A DNA stretch of 62,669 nucleotides, counting the filler, from Scenedesmus sp. PABB004 (lineage: Eukaryota): the NCBI GenBank assembly GCA_014905635.1. It is 5 parts of 5 records of this genome, joined end to end, with 100 filler letters (N's around TTAATTAATTAA, not from the genome) between each part and the next. Parts side by side here need not be neighbours in the genome. Positions count along the whole stretch, not along the records: positions 1 to 14,023 come from JABVCE010000068.1; positions 14,124 to 27,742 come from JABVCE010000069.1; 3 more parts are not named here. The stretch is one strand, 5' to 3'. Position numbers and translations under genes: made by a program. Shown in pieces: positions 10,864 through 22,867 of the stretch. How positions within the stretch are numbered: the stretch's first letter is position 1; each line of letters begins with the position of its first letter. The notes below the pieces were generated by a model. It was not told the DNA's origin. It worked only from the letters and a program-made list of their open reading frames with translations, and made no database searches.

Positions 10864-13800
10864 CTAGAGCTCGTGCGTCTTTTGCACAAAGTGCAGCCGC
10901 GGCCCGCCGCGCCGCCGGTTGGCGTCGTCGGCAAGCAGCGCCGCCGCCGACACGAGCGGCGTGGGCCCCATGGCGTACAGGGCGTACTGCCGCGCGCCGC
11001 CGCCGCCGCCGCCGGCGCCGCCGGGGGCCGCGCCCGCCGGCAGCTGCGCGGCGCCCGCGAGCCACGCGCCCACGAGCGACTCCAGGCGCGGCCGGCCCGC
11101 CGCGACCGCAGCGCGCCGCCGCCGTCGCCCGGCAGCACGAGCTGCCACGCCTTGCCGCCGGCGCCGCCGGCGCCGTCGGCGCCGTCGGCGCCGGGCTCAG
11201 CCGGCAGCAGGCGCGCCGGCGCGCGCGCGGCGAGCGCCGCCGCCGCGACCGCCGACGCCGCCACGTCAGCGTCGCCTGCGTCGCCGCCGCTGACGAGCAG
11301 CGGGTCGCGCGCGCCGGCGCCCGCCGGGCGCGCCCGCGCGGCGGCCGTCGCCTGGCGCCGCGCCGCCACCGCCGCGGCCGCGAGCGCGGCCGCGCTCGGC
11401 AGCACCAGGCCGGCGGTGATGGCCACAACGTAGGCAGTCCCCGCCTGGGCCGTGCTCCAGGGCCGCCCGGGGCGCGACACCACGGACAGCCAGCGCACGG
11501 CCAGCAGGCCGGCGAGCGCGCCTGCGCAAGCGTGCGGCGCGCGGCGCGGCCGGTCGGCGGGCGGCGGCGCGGCGCGGCGCGGCGCGGCAGGGCGGGGACG
11601 GCGCGCCAGCGCGTCAAGCGGCGCGCGCACCGCAAGCGCGAGCACGAGCGTCGCCGCCTTGTGCGCCGCCTGGCACCAGAAGCTGCGAAGAGAGACGACC
11701 GGGCAGAGGCTGCTCGTCACCAGCACCTGCCCGCCCGCGCCGCCTCGGCGCCCGCCGCCGCGTCGGCGCCCGCCGCCGGCGGCGGCGGGGGCCCGAGCGC
11801 GGCGGGGTCGCCTGCGCGGCGCGCGGCGCGCGGCGCGCGGCGCGCAGCGCGGGCAGCGGCGTCGGCGTCGGCGGCGCGCGCGCGGCGGCCGCCCTTGCGT
11901 GCTGCCCGCGCCGCCGCCAGCCGCGCGTCCGCCCCCCGCCCCCCTCCTTGTGCGCGCCGCGCCGCGCCGCGCACCGGTGCAGTAGAGGTGCACGGACAGC
12001 GCCAGGCCGAGCGCGTCTGCGGCCGCGAGCACGCGGGGGGCGAGGAACTCGAACTCGTCCGGCTGCCTGCGGGGTCCAGGCGGGGTTCAGGGGCGAGGGC
12101 GGGCGGGGTTCAGGGAGTGTTGGGTTCAGGGTTGGAGGGCGGGCGAGCGCGCAGGCCGCACACGCGCCGCGGCGCGGCCGAGGGCCGCAGCTGCCGCGCG
12201 CGAAAAGCCGCCGGCGCGCCCCGAGCGCGCGCGCACCTGCACGCCCAGACGAGCAGCCGCGGGCAGCCCCGGGCGCAGGCCCTCGCCGGCGAGCTCCACA
12301 AACACCGACAGCGCCGCAGTGGCACCGATACCGCCGGCGATAAGCACCAGCCCGTCCGGCTCGCCACCGGGCGCCGCCGCCGTGCGCGCCGCGCCGCCCG
12401 CGTGACCGCCGCCACCGCCGTCGCCGCAGCGCAGCTCCGGCGGCCGAGCAGGCGGCCCGGCAGCTCCCCGTACGGCCCTCCAGCCAGCTTCAGCGCCAGC
12501 AGCCCGCCGGCGGCCGCCGGGGCCGCCGCGCCGCCGTGCGCCGCCGCCGCGAGCGCGCCGACGAGGCGGCGCGTCCAGCGTCGTAGGCTTTGATGTGAAC
12601 CAGCAGGCCTGCCGGGGGCAGTCGGCGCTGTCGCTGTCGCCGCCGCCGCTGTCGCCGCCGGGCGGCAGCGGGACCGATATGAATTCAAACGGGTGCCACG
12701 CCGCCGCGGCGAGCGCCGGCGCGCAGACCCACACAAAGCCCCGCCGCCGGCGGCGGCCCAGCCCGGCGACGCGAGCAGCAGCGCCGCGACGGACCGCCCG
12801 CGCGACGCCGCCGCCTCGAGCACGGCGCCGCGGGCGCTCCGCCGCTGCCCCCAAGGCGGGCGCCTTGCCGCCGTCGGCGGCGGCGCCGCCGCCGCCGCCG
12901 CAGTCCAGGCCGCCGAGCGGCGCGCCGAGCGCCTGGCGCGCGCGGTGCGCGGCGTCCACGCCATACAGCATGAGGCCTGGAGCACACCGCGAGAGGGGGG
13001 GGGGAGGTGGTGAGAGGGGCGGGCGGGAGGGCGGGCGAGACGCGGCGCCGGCGGAGAAAAAGAACGGCGCGCGCGGAGCTGGCGGCGCCGCCGCCGACCC
13101 AACAACGGCCCTGTGAGCCCTCGCCCCCTCGCTCAACCGTAAACCCTGAACCCTTAACCCCCCAGTCACCCACCCGGCAGGAAGTACCAGACGAGCGCCG
13201 AGTAGTGCGCCGCGCCGGCGAGCATGAACACCCAGAAGCCTGTTGTGCGGGGTTTAGGCAGGGCGGGGAGGGGGCAGGGTTTAGGCAGGGCAGGGGGGAG
13301 GGGCAGAGCGCGGCGCAGGGGAAGCGCAGCCGCGCACGCGCGGGCGGCGACGGCGGCGGCGGCGGGCGGCGGGCGGCCGGGCGCCGCGCGCGGCGCACCG
13401 ACGTGGTGCAGCGCATAAAACAGGCCGTAGCGCGCGCGCCGCGCCGCCTCCAGGGAGCTCAACCACAGCGCGAGGCCTGGGGGCCGGCGGCGCGCGCGGT
13501 GAGGAGCGCGGCGGCGGCGGCGGCGGCGGCGACGGCGCGAGGGCGCGCGCGCGGGCGCCCTGCGCCGCGCACCGCCGAGGAAGCTCGCGCCGCCGGCGAG
13601 GTTGTTGATGCGAGACCCCGCCGCGAGCGCCTCAGACACCCACTCGCCCTGCGCGACCGCAGCGGGGCCACGCGGCGCGCCGGGGTGAGCGCGCGCGGGC
13701 GGGCGGGCGGGCGCGCCCTCGGCCCAGCTTGAGTGCACCGTCGAGTGCACCCGAGCGCCCCTCAAAACACACACGCCCTAAACCCTAAACCAAAACCCAA

Positions 13801-13920
13801 AGCCACCAAAACACCGCCCACCTTGACCGCCCACACGCCCCAGAAGCCCAGGGAGTGGGCCGTGACGATGGCCATCACGGCGTGGCCCAGCCAGCGGTGG
13901 TACCTGGGTTTCATGTAGGG
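10864..13920 (-). CDS. Ferric-chelate reductase (FRE/FRO-like flavocytochrome), 5' part beyond contig end
   Basis: Heme-ligand His helices (YHRWLGHAVMAIVTAH; YGLFYALHH/GFWVFMLAGAAHY), the FAD motif WHPF, GGPYG, the NADPH motif LVLIAGGIGAT, LVWAC and SVHLYCTG. Ends LHFVQKTHEL*. Confidence 0.85.
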
Positions 13921-14023
13921 CGGGTTCAGCGTGGGCGGGCGGGCGGGCGGCGGGGGGGGGGGGGGGTCGGTGGCGCGCCGCCGCGCGCGCGCCGGCGGCG
14001 CAGCGTCCCACCCTTGCCTCCCC

Positions 14024-14123
14024 NNNNNNNNNNNNNNNNNNNNNNNNNNNNNNNNNNNNNNNNNNNNTTAATTAATTAANNNNNNNNNNNNNNNNNNNNN
14101 NNNNNNNNNNNNNNNNNNNNNNN
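14024..14123. other. Artificial contig linker (44N-TTAATTAATTAA-44N)
   Basis: 100-bp spacer with stops in all six frames, repeated four times in the window. Confidence 0.99.
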
Positions 14124-14315
14124 CCTAAACCCTAAACCCTAAACCCTAAACCCTAAACCCTAAACCCTAAACCCTAAACCCTAAACCCTAAACCCTAAAC
14201 CCTAAACCCTAAACCCTAAACCCTAAACCCTAAACCCTAAACCCTAAACCCTAACCCTAAACCCTAAACCCTAAAACCCTAAACCCTAAAACCTAAAACC
14301 TAAACCCTAAACCCT
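14124..14315 (+). repeat. Telomere (CCCTAAA)n, left chromosome end
   Basis: Tandem CCCTAAA at contig start, with proximal variants CCTAAAA/CCCTAA. Confidence 0.97.
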
Positions 14316-14930
14316 GCGCGGGGGCGGGGGTGCCGCGCATGCACTTTCGCCGAGCGTTGACGTGGCGCAGCTGGGCAGCACCGCGCCGGCGGGCGGCTGT
14401 GAGTTGGCGTCGATGCGCACCAAGCGATGCTTGCTGCCCCGCCGCTTCTGCCGATGGCGTTTTTTGTGTCCTCGCGTGGGGCTCGCCGTCTCTTCCTCAA
14501 CCGCGGTGTGCTGTCCCCCGGCCGCGGCGCAGATTGTCAAGACCGACCGCGGGACCGCGCAAGTTTGCGCGCGACACGGCTTGAGCGACTTTGCGGTCCG
14601 GCTAGGGAGTTGCTCGTGCATCTGCATGTGCCGTACGCACCCGGGCCTTGCGGAGTTTACACGGCTGAGCAGCAAAGTGAGCAAAGCTGCACTCGGGGAG
14701 TGATTCATGCTCCCCGCAATCCTCGCTCAGCGAGCCTCATAAAGTGAGCGCTTTTGGTGCCGAGCATGAGATGAAGTACAGCGCCGCCCTCAACTGAGCC
14801 TCTCACAATCTAGCAACACCCGGAGCACACGAGTTGAGTTCAAGGCCGCGCGTGCGCGGGCCGGCCACGATCACTTCACAGCCGCGCGCGCGGTGGGTGC
14901 TGCGCGCACGGCGCGCGACACGCGCTCATC

Positions 14931-14967
14931 GCGCCGCCGCCGCCGCCGCCGCCGCCGCCGTCGCCGC

Positions 14968-14998
<31 letters not shown>

Positions 14999-15003
14999 CG
15001 CCG
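14931..15003 (+). repeat. (GCC)n microsatellite
   Basis: Near-perfect GCC run just downstream of the PGM-like gene stop. Confidence 0.85.
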
Positions 15004-15029
15004 CAGCGGGCGGCCGCAGCAGGAGCCGC

Positions 15030-17536
15030 TCACCACCCGCCGCCCAGCTCGGCCCACTGCTCCGCCGCCGACTCGCCGGCAAAGACCTCGTCGTGCGAGC
15101 CGCACGCACCGGGCAGCAGGCTTGCGTTGCCGCACATGTCGGGCGTTAGCCTGCGGGCAGCGCGAGCGGGCGCCGCGCGCGCGGTCACGGCGGCGCCGCG
15201 GCCCGCGCCGCAGCGTGTCCGCGCCGGCGGCGCACAACCGCGGTGGCCGCCGCGTGCGCGCTGGGCAGCTCGGCGGCTGCTGTGCGGGCCGCCAAAGCGC
15301 CGAAGCGGCGCGCCGCGCTGCTGCCCCCGCCCCCGCCCCCACCCACCCCTTGAGCACCGCCATGCTCTCGTGGCTGAGCCGGTAGAAGCTCTTGGTGTGC
15401 AGCGCCGCCGGCGTGCCCTCCAGGGCGGCGGCGTCGACCTTCTCCAGCACGATGGGCACGGCGTTGGGCGGGTTGTACACGCTCATGAACTGGGCCGCGG
15501 GGCGCGGCGGCGAGCAGGCGCGTCGGCGCGCGGTGCGCGCCGGGGCTGCGCGCGCCGCCATCCGCGGCCGCCACGCGGCGGCGCCGCCGCGGCAGCCGCG
15601 CGGCGCCGGCGTCCACTGCATATCGGCACGCTGCCGGCAGCTTCAGCCCAAGCCATAGTGTACGCGCAGCTGCTGCGCGAGCGCTCGGGGGCGGGGGACC
15701 AGCGCTGCGCCCGCGCACGCCCCGCCGACCAGCCGCGCGCGGCCGCGCACCTGGTCCACGCCCCAGTGGAACCAGCGCATGAGGAAGATGCGCAGCGCCA
15801 GGCCGTGCGTGACCAGCACGAGCGACGTGTTGTTGGCAAAGCGGCCTGCGCGGCGCGCGCACGCGTCGGCGGCAGCGGCGGCCGACCGCCCCGCGCCGGC
15901 CTCGGCCGCCCCGCGGTGCGGGGAGGGCGCGCGCGTCACGCAGGGCGGGCGCGCACCCGCATTGATGTCCCGGATCAGGTGGTCGCTGAACACGGTGATG
16001 CGGTCGTAGACGTCGGCGCCAGACTCGCCGTTGGGGAAGCTGCGGCGGCCGCGACGGCGCCAAGCAGCACGACGCGGGCGGCGGCGGCGCTCGACGCCCG
16101 GCAGCCGCGGGGCCGAGCCACAAGACGGCTCGGCGCGCAGCGCGCGCGCAGCGGCTCGCCGGGCACGCTGGCTCGCCCGGGAGCGCCGGCGCTCGGCGCT
16201 GGCTGGCAGCGGCTGCCGGTGGCCGCGCTCACCGGTAGAAGAAGCGACCGTACCGCACACGCTCCAGCTTCTCGCGCTGCTTGCCCTCCGCGTCCTGGAA
16301 GTTGCCCTGCGCGCGGCACGGCGCGGCGTGAGCGTGCGCGGACTGGTGGCGGCGCTGACCGCGCTGACAGCGCCCCCGCCGCGCCAGGGCTGCCAAACCC
16401 ACAAAGTCTTGCTCTCGCAGCTGCACTTCCTCCTGCACGCCCGCGACCTGGCTGCAGTCAAAGGCGGCCCTGCAGAGGGCACAGCCGCGGTGGGGGCGCG
16501 TGGGCGCGCGGCGGGGCGAGCCGCGCGCATGAGTCGCGCCCCGCGCGACGGCGGAGCGCACGGCGTGCGCTGCGTGCGCGGCGCGCGCCTGATGTTGTCG
16601 CACGTCTGCAGGCTGCGCGCGTACGGCGAGGCAAAGAAGAAGAGCTTGAACGCGTCGCTGCCGCCCGCCGCCTCCTCCATGTGGCGCCGGATGGCGAGCC
16701 CCGCCTCGTACGCCTGCTGGCGGCCCAGCGCCGTCTGCGCGCGGGCGGCGCGGGCGCGCGGCTGAGCGGGGGCATGGGCGCAGCAGCTCGCCGCCGCTCG
16801 GAGTCGCGGCCGACGGCGGGCGCGGCGCAGCGGCGGCGCGCGCGCGCCCGCGCACCAGGGGCACTTGCGGGTCGGGGATGTACGTGTAGGCGCCCGCATT
16901 GACATTCCCTTCCGACTGCGCGTGCCGCACCAGGATGATGCGCTGCGGCAGCACGCGCGTGTCGCGCGCGCGTCGCGCCGCTGCGAGCGAGGCGGCGGGC
17001 GGTGGCGCGCGCCGCAGCTCAGCGCTGGCCGTCCACCGTGCGGGCCGCCCTGGCGCCGCGCGCGCGGGCGCCGCAGGCGTGGCGCGGCCAGCCGCGCGCC
17101 GCGCCGCGGCGCGCCTGCTCGCGCTGTGGAAGCGCGCGTCAAAGAGTCCGCTCGACCGCATGTCACCGCCGGGCCCCGCGGCTGGCGCCACGGCCGCGCC
17201 CTGGAGGTGCTCCACGGCGGCCTGCAGCCGCGCGAGCGCCGCCGCCTGCTGCTGCAGGCCGTCTTGCTGCGCCCGCACGGTCGCGGCCAGCTCCGCGACC
17301 GACCGCCGCAGCGCTGCGCGACCTCGCTCTCCGCGTCCGCCGGCGCCGGCGGGGGAGGGCGCGCGTCCGCTGCGTTTACGCCGCTGAGCGGCTGGCCTGG
17401 CGCCACGGCTGCCGCGGCGCGCCGCCGCCAAACGCGCTGCGCGACGCCGCCGCTGGCCGCACAGCGCTGCCGCAGCGCGAGTTGCGGCGCTGCTGCGTCG
17501 GGCGCTGCGCATTGGTGGTCGCTGACGACGCAGCAT
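15030..17536 (-). CDS. Phosphoglycerate mutase-like histidine phosphatase, multi-exon
   Basis: LPQRIILVRHAQSEGN, SPYARSLQT, QLREQDF/GNFQ, GRFFYR/FPNGESGADVYDR and VLVTHGLALRIFLMRWFHW. The last exon ends ELGGGW*. Start codon inferred. Confidence 0.9.
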
Positions 17537-18125
17537 GGTACTGGTGCCCCGGGCCTGAGCGCCGGCGAGCGCAGTCGGGGCAGGCGAGCGCACGCGGGGC
17601 AGCCGCGCGACGCCGCCGGCTGCCGCTCCGCCGCTGCTGCCGGCGCGCTGCGGCCGCTGCCGCTCCCGCTAGTGACAGGAGCGCGGGGAACGGGAGCGTC
17701 AGTACATGCCTGGCCAGGCGGGCTGCACGCGAGGGCGCCGGGCGCTGCGCGGCGGGCGGGCGGCCGAGACGACTGAGACTGCTGCTGCCGCGCGGTCTGT
17801 GCGAGCGCCGTGCAGGGCGGGGCGTCACCGCAGGAGTGCGGACAATGACGGTGACGGCCGGGCGAGGACAAAACCCAGACGACGACGGCGGCGCTCGGCC
17901 GCGCCGTCAGCGACTGCTGCCGCCGGTGCACTCGTCCCGGCACACCCGTTGATTCGCCTCCTGCTGCCGTACCCGTCGAGCTCATCACCGCGTGCCAGCC
18001 GCCGGCTCGTGCGCGCCAGCCGCACAGCAGCAGCGGCGGCCGCCGCTCCGCTGCCGCCGCCACCGCCGCGACGCCCGGTCCTTCAGGCACCGCCCCGCCA
18101 GCACCGGCGCCCCTGGCAGCCGACC

Positions 18126-19560
18126 ATGCGCGGCCGGGCTGCGCCAGCGTCGGCGCCAGCGCAGCCGCGCAGCAGCGGCGGCGGCGCTCGGCGCTGCGAC
18201 GTCTGCGGCTGCGTGGTGCCCGCGGGCATCGCTGCCTGGGAGACGCATGTGGCAGGTGCGGCCAGGCCCCTCGCTGCCAGCTGCTCGGGGTGCGCCGCAC
18301 CCACCCGCGCCACCCTGCGTGGCCCCGCCGCCGCAGGCATCCGGCACCGGCGCAACGCGGCGAGCGTGCGCGTGTGCGGCGAGCCCGGCCACGCGGTGGT
18401 GTCAGCGTTTGAGGCCCTGGACGCCCCGCCGCCGCGTTACCGGGGCAGGGACGAGGTGCTGCTGAGGCGCGCGTCGGCCAGCCGCGGGCGGCAGGGCAGC
18501 GCTGACGGCCGCGAGCAGCCTGAGCTGCTGGCGCTGCAGCAGGAGGCGTGCAAGCACTTGGCCAGCGTCGTGGGCGTCGGGGGCGGCGTGTACAGCCGCG
18601 CGTCGGGCAGGTTTACGCTGCAGGCACTGCAAGAGGCCGCGGCAGCGTTGGCGGCGGAGCTTGAGCGGGTGCAGCAGCAGCAGCAGGCGCAGCAGCAGCA
18701 GCAGCAGCCCCTGCGCCTGGAGCTCAGCCTGCAAGAGCCGGCGCAGGTCGCGTGCCTTGCCCAGCTCCTGCCTGCGCGCGGCGGCGGCGCTGCGCCTGAC
18801 AGGTGGGCAGAGCAGGGCGCGGGCGGCTGCCAGACGTGCCGTCGCGCGGTTGGAGCTGCAAGCTGTGGTCATGCGCTGCGCCACGCGCTGTGCTCACACG
18901 CCACGCCTCGCGCTGCGCCGCAGTTCCCTACCAGAGCTACGGGCCGAGCGCGGCAGCCACCAGCGCAGCCGTCGCGTGCTTTGCGGCGAGCCTCGCGCGC
19001 CGCCACGACTTGGCTGCGCTGACGTTGGAGTTTGATTGCGCGGACCACGGCAGGCTCGTGCAGCAGGGCGGCACCGGCCTTGAGCGCTTGCCGCAGCTGT
19101 GGGGCCACGTGGTGGCGCCGGTGCTGTCGACAGCCCTGCAGGCACGGGGGCGCCGCGCGCGCGCGCGCGCGCGCACGCTGCCGGCAGCGGCCGCGCGCCC
19201 CGCGCGGCGGCTGAGCGCACGCGGCGCTGCGCCGCGCCACAGGTCAACTCGGGCCTGTCCTCGCTGACGCTGGCGGCGTTCCCGGGCCAGTTCCCGCCTG
19301 ACGTCGTGTCGCAGCTGCTGGCGTGCGTCGCCACGTGCCGCGCGCGGCGGCGGCTTGCAGTGCTGCTGGGCACGCACAGCCGGGCCGGGGCAGCCAGCCC
19401 GCTGCGCGGCGTGCCGGTCGAGGTGCTGGGGCGCGTGCTTGCAGAGTCGGTGCCGCCTGGCAGCTGCACCGTGGCGCTGGAGCTGCCGCGGCGGCTGGCG
19501 GGCGACAGCAGCAGCGAGAGCGAGAGCGGCAGCGAGAGCGGCAGCGATGAGAGCGACTAG
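18126..19560 (+). CDS. Hypothetical protein with an N-terminal U1/matrin-type C2H2 zinc finger
   Basis: CDVCGCVVPAGIAAWETHVAG/IRHRRN across an intron, then Leu-rich exons and an acidic Ser-rich end SESGSDESD*. Confidence 0.65.
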
Positions 19561-19741
19561 GCGCCCGAGCTCGAGCAGAGCAGACGCGACTCTCTAGCAA
19601 CGTTACGGTCGTGCAACTTTGCCGCGCTCGCACGCCGCGGGGCCCTACGCTGCCGCCACACCGAGCCACCGAGCCACCGCGCCGCCACGCCGAGCCACCG
19701 AGCCGCCGCCGCGCCGTCGCGCCGCCACCACCGCGCGCGGC

Positions 19742-22441
19742 CTAGGTCCGGCTGTTGGCGTACTTGACGGTGATCGGCCGCGCGCGCGCGTCGGTGGGCA
19801 GCACCGCGCCGTTGGCGTTGGCCATGGCCAGCTCCGCCTCGGCCTGGGTGCTGTAGATGATGAACCCGCACCCCCGGCTGCGCCCGTCGGGCATGCGCAG
19901 CAGCACCAGCTCCAGCACGTTGCCAAACTGCGAGAAGAAGGGGAACAGGTCCGCCTCGGTGAGCGTGTAGCTCACCTGGCCCAGGAACAGCTTCCACGCC
20001 TTGGCCGCCGCCAGCGCGGCGCTGCCCGCGCCGCCGCCGCGGCGGCGCCCATGGCACCGCCGCCGCCCATCATGCCGGGCATCATGCCCATCATGCCCGG
20101 CATCATGCCCATGCCGCCGCCCATCATCCCGCCCGCCATCATGACCGGCATCATCCCGCCCGCCATCATGCCCATGCCGGGCATGCCGCCCATCATGCCG
20201 CCCTGCATCGCGCCGCCGCCGCCCATGCCGGCGCCCATGCCGGCGCCCATCTGCGCGCCGCCGCCCATCACTTGCTGCCCGCCCTCGCCGCCGCCCACCA
20301 TCTGCCCGCCCGCGCCCATCATCTGACCGCCCGCAGCCATCATCTGACCGCCGGCGCCCATCATCTGCCCGCCGCCCATCTGCCCGCTCACCATCTCGCC
20401 GCCGCCGCTCAGCTGCCCGCCGACGCCTAGCTGCTGGCCAGCGCCGCCCAGCTGCAGGCCGGCGCCGCCGAGCTGGCCGCCGCTGCCCATCTGCGTGCCG
20501 CCGCCGGGCATCGCGCCGGCCATGCTGCCGCTGGCCTGCTGCTGGTGCTGCTGGTGCTGCTGCTGTTGCAGCTGCTGCTGGGGCTGCTGCTGCTGCATGC
20601 CGCCAGAGTTGGGCATGCCGCCGGCGGGCGCGCCAGCGTCCGCGCCAAAGCCGGTCGCCTCCCCGCCTGCTGCGCCGCCCCGCTGGCCGCCAGCGCCCAT
20701 CATGCCCTGGCCGCCGGCGCCCGGCATGCCCTGCGCAGGTGAGCGGCGGCGGGCGTGGCCGCGACATCAGCCTGGCGGGCGCGCTGCGGGGCGGTGAATC
20801 GCCGCGAGGCGCGCGCTGCAGCGCTCACCACGCCGAAGCCCTGCTGCATGCCGCCGCCCATCATGCCACCGCCCATCATGCCGCCCATGCCCTGCGCGAG
20901 GCGGCGCCGCAGCTCAGCAGGGCGCGCTGCGCCCGCCCGGCGGCGCGGCGCTGCGCCGGCCCGGCGGCGCGGCGCTCACTCCGTAGCCCATGCCCATCAT
21001 GCCCGGCATGCCCTGGGCGGGGCGGCCGCCGGCGCGCGGCGCGGTCAGCAGCGCGTGCAGCGGTGCGCGCGGTGCGCGGCGGCGCGGGCGCGGCGGCGGC
21101 GCGGGCGCGGCGGCGCGCGGCGCGGGCGCGGCGCGGCGCGGCAGGCCGCACCATAATGCCCGGCATCCCCATGCCAGCCATGCCGGCCATGCCGGGCATG
21201 CCCATGTGCCGCCCATCATGCCGCCCTGCAGCGAGTGACGGCGGCGGAGCGGGGGTCGGCGCGCGCGCGCGGCGCCGGCGCTGTGCCCGCCCCGCGCGGC
21301 GCGGCGCGCGCCGCGCACCATGCCGTAGCCCATGCCGCCCATCATGCCGGCCATGCCCATGCCGGCCATGAACTGCTGGCGCTTGGCGGCGCCGCCGGCG
21401 GCCATGGCCCCGCCCGCGCCGGCCATCATGTCGGCCATGCCGCGCTTGCCGCCGACGCGCTGGATGTCGGTGGGCTTGGCGTCCGCCATCTTGACCGCGA
21501 TCGGGTTCTGCGCGCCCGGCAGCGTGAACTTGCCGTCCACGCCCTCCATCGCCGCCTCGGCGGACGCCCACGTCGAAAACGTCACAAACGCGCAGCCTGG
21601 CGCGCGCCGGGCGGGCGGCGGTGGGGTGTCTGGGCCTGCTGCCGCCGCGCCGCCGGCGCGGGCGCGGCGCTGGCGACGGCCGCGGCCCACGGCGCGCCGC
21701 TGCGCGGTGTGCGGGGGCCCACCCATGCCGGCGTCCTTCTTGGGCGGCATGACGTTGAGGTCCAGGATCTCCCCGTACGGCGCAAAGATGCCCCGGATCT
21801 GCTCCGCGCTCACGCCCTTGGCCACCTGCGGCGCGCGCGCGGCGGCGGCGGCGGCGCGCCGGCGGCGCGGGCGCGGTGAGCGCCGCTGCGGCCCGCGCGT
21901 GGGCGTGCGCGCGCGGCGCGCGCCGCTGCTGGCCTGGTCCGTCCCCCGCGCCGTCCCCCCGCGCCGCGCCACGCCGACGCGCACGCCGCGCGGCACCGCA
22001 CTGCACGCGCGCGCGGCGCTGCGCGCCACACGGACGCTGCGGCGGCGGCCGGGCGCCGCGCGCACGCGCGCGCGCGCGCGGGACACCGCGCCGACACGAC
22101 ACCTGGCCCACGAACAACTTCTTGGGCGTCACGCCAACAACCACGCCATCCTCCTGGCGGCGCTGGGGGTCGGCAAACTTGACAATCAGCTGCCGCGGCG
22201 CCGACAGCGGCGAGGAAGTACCGTTTTCGGCCTCCACCGCCGCCTCGGCGTGCGCCCACTTGGTGAAGAGCACCATGGCGCAGCCCTTGGGCTTGCCCGT
22301 GTCCTGGTGCTTCAGCAGCGCCACGTTCTTGAGCGGGCCATACTGCTGGAAGTGCGCCTGCACCTCCTCGCGGCTGATCTCGAACGACAGCCCGCCCACG
22401 AAGAGCTTGGGCTCCGCGCACACCGGGTCGGCGTGGATCAT
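19742..22441 (-). CDS. CELF/BRUNO-like RNA-binding protein (3 RRMs, Gly/Met-rich linker)
   Basis: RRM1 KLFVGGL...KGCAMVLF...IVKFAD; RRM2 KLFVGQ...CAFVTF...VKMAD; RRM3 KLFLGQ...SRGCGFIIY...VKYAN. A long GM/polyQ region lies between RRM2 and RRM3. Confidence 0.88.
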
Positions 22442-22867
22442 GGCGGCTGGCGGGCGCCACGAGCGCGCGCGCCGGCGGCGGCGGCGGCCGCTGCTGCGGC
22501 GGCGGCGGCGCTGACGGCTGCTGCTGCCGCTGGGCGCGGGGCCGGCTGCTGCTGAGGCGACTGCGGCTGGGGCGGGGCGGACGCGCTGCCGCGCGCGAGA
22601 GGGAGGTTGTGTTAATCGACGGCCTGTCTTCCTCCTCCCAGCGCTCCTTGCGCGCGCGCTCGCGCGCTCCGAACACTCCGCGCGTGTGCGCACCAGGGCA
22701 CGCCAGCGCGCCCGCGCCAACTCGCGAACGCGCTCCTCGCCACTCCTCTCACGCCCTGTGCATCGCCAAAGGCCTTACCCGCGACGTCGACGTCACACGC
22801 TAGCGACTGCCGGCGCCGCGCGCCCGGCGGCGCGTGGAGCGGGTAGTAGCGCTCGGCGCGAGCAGAC

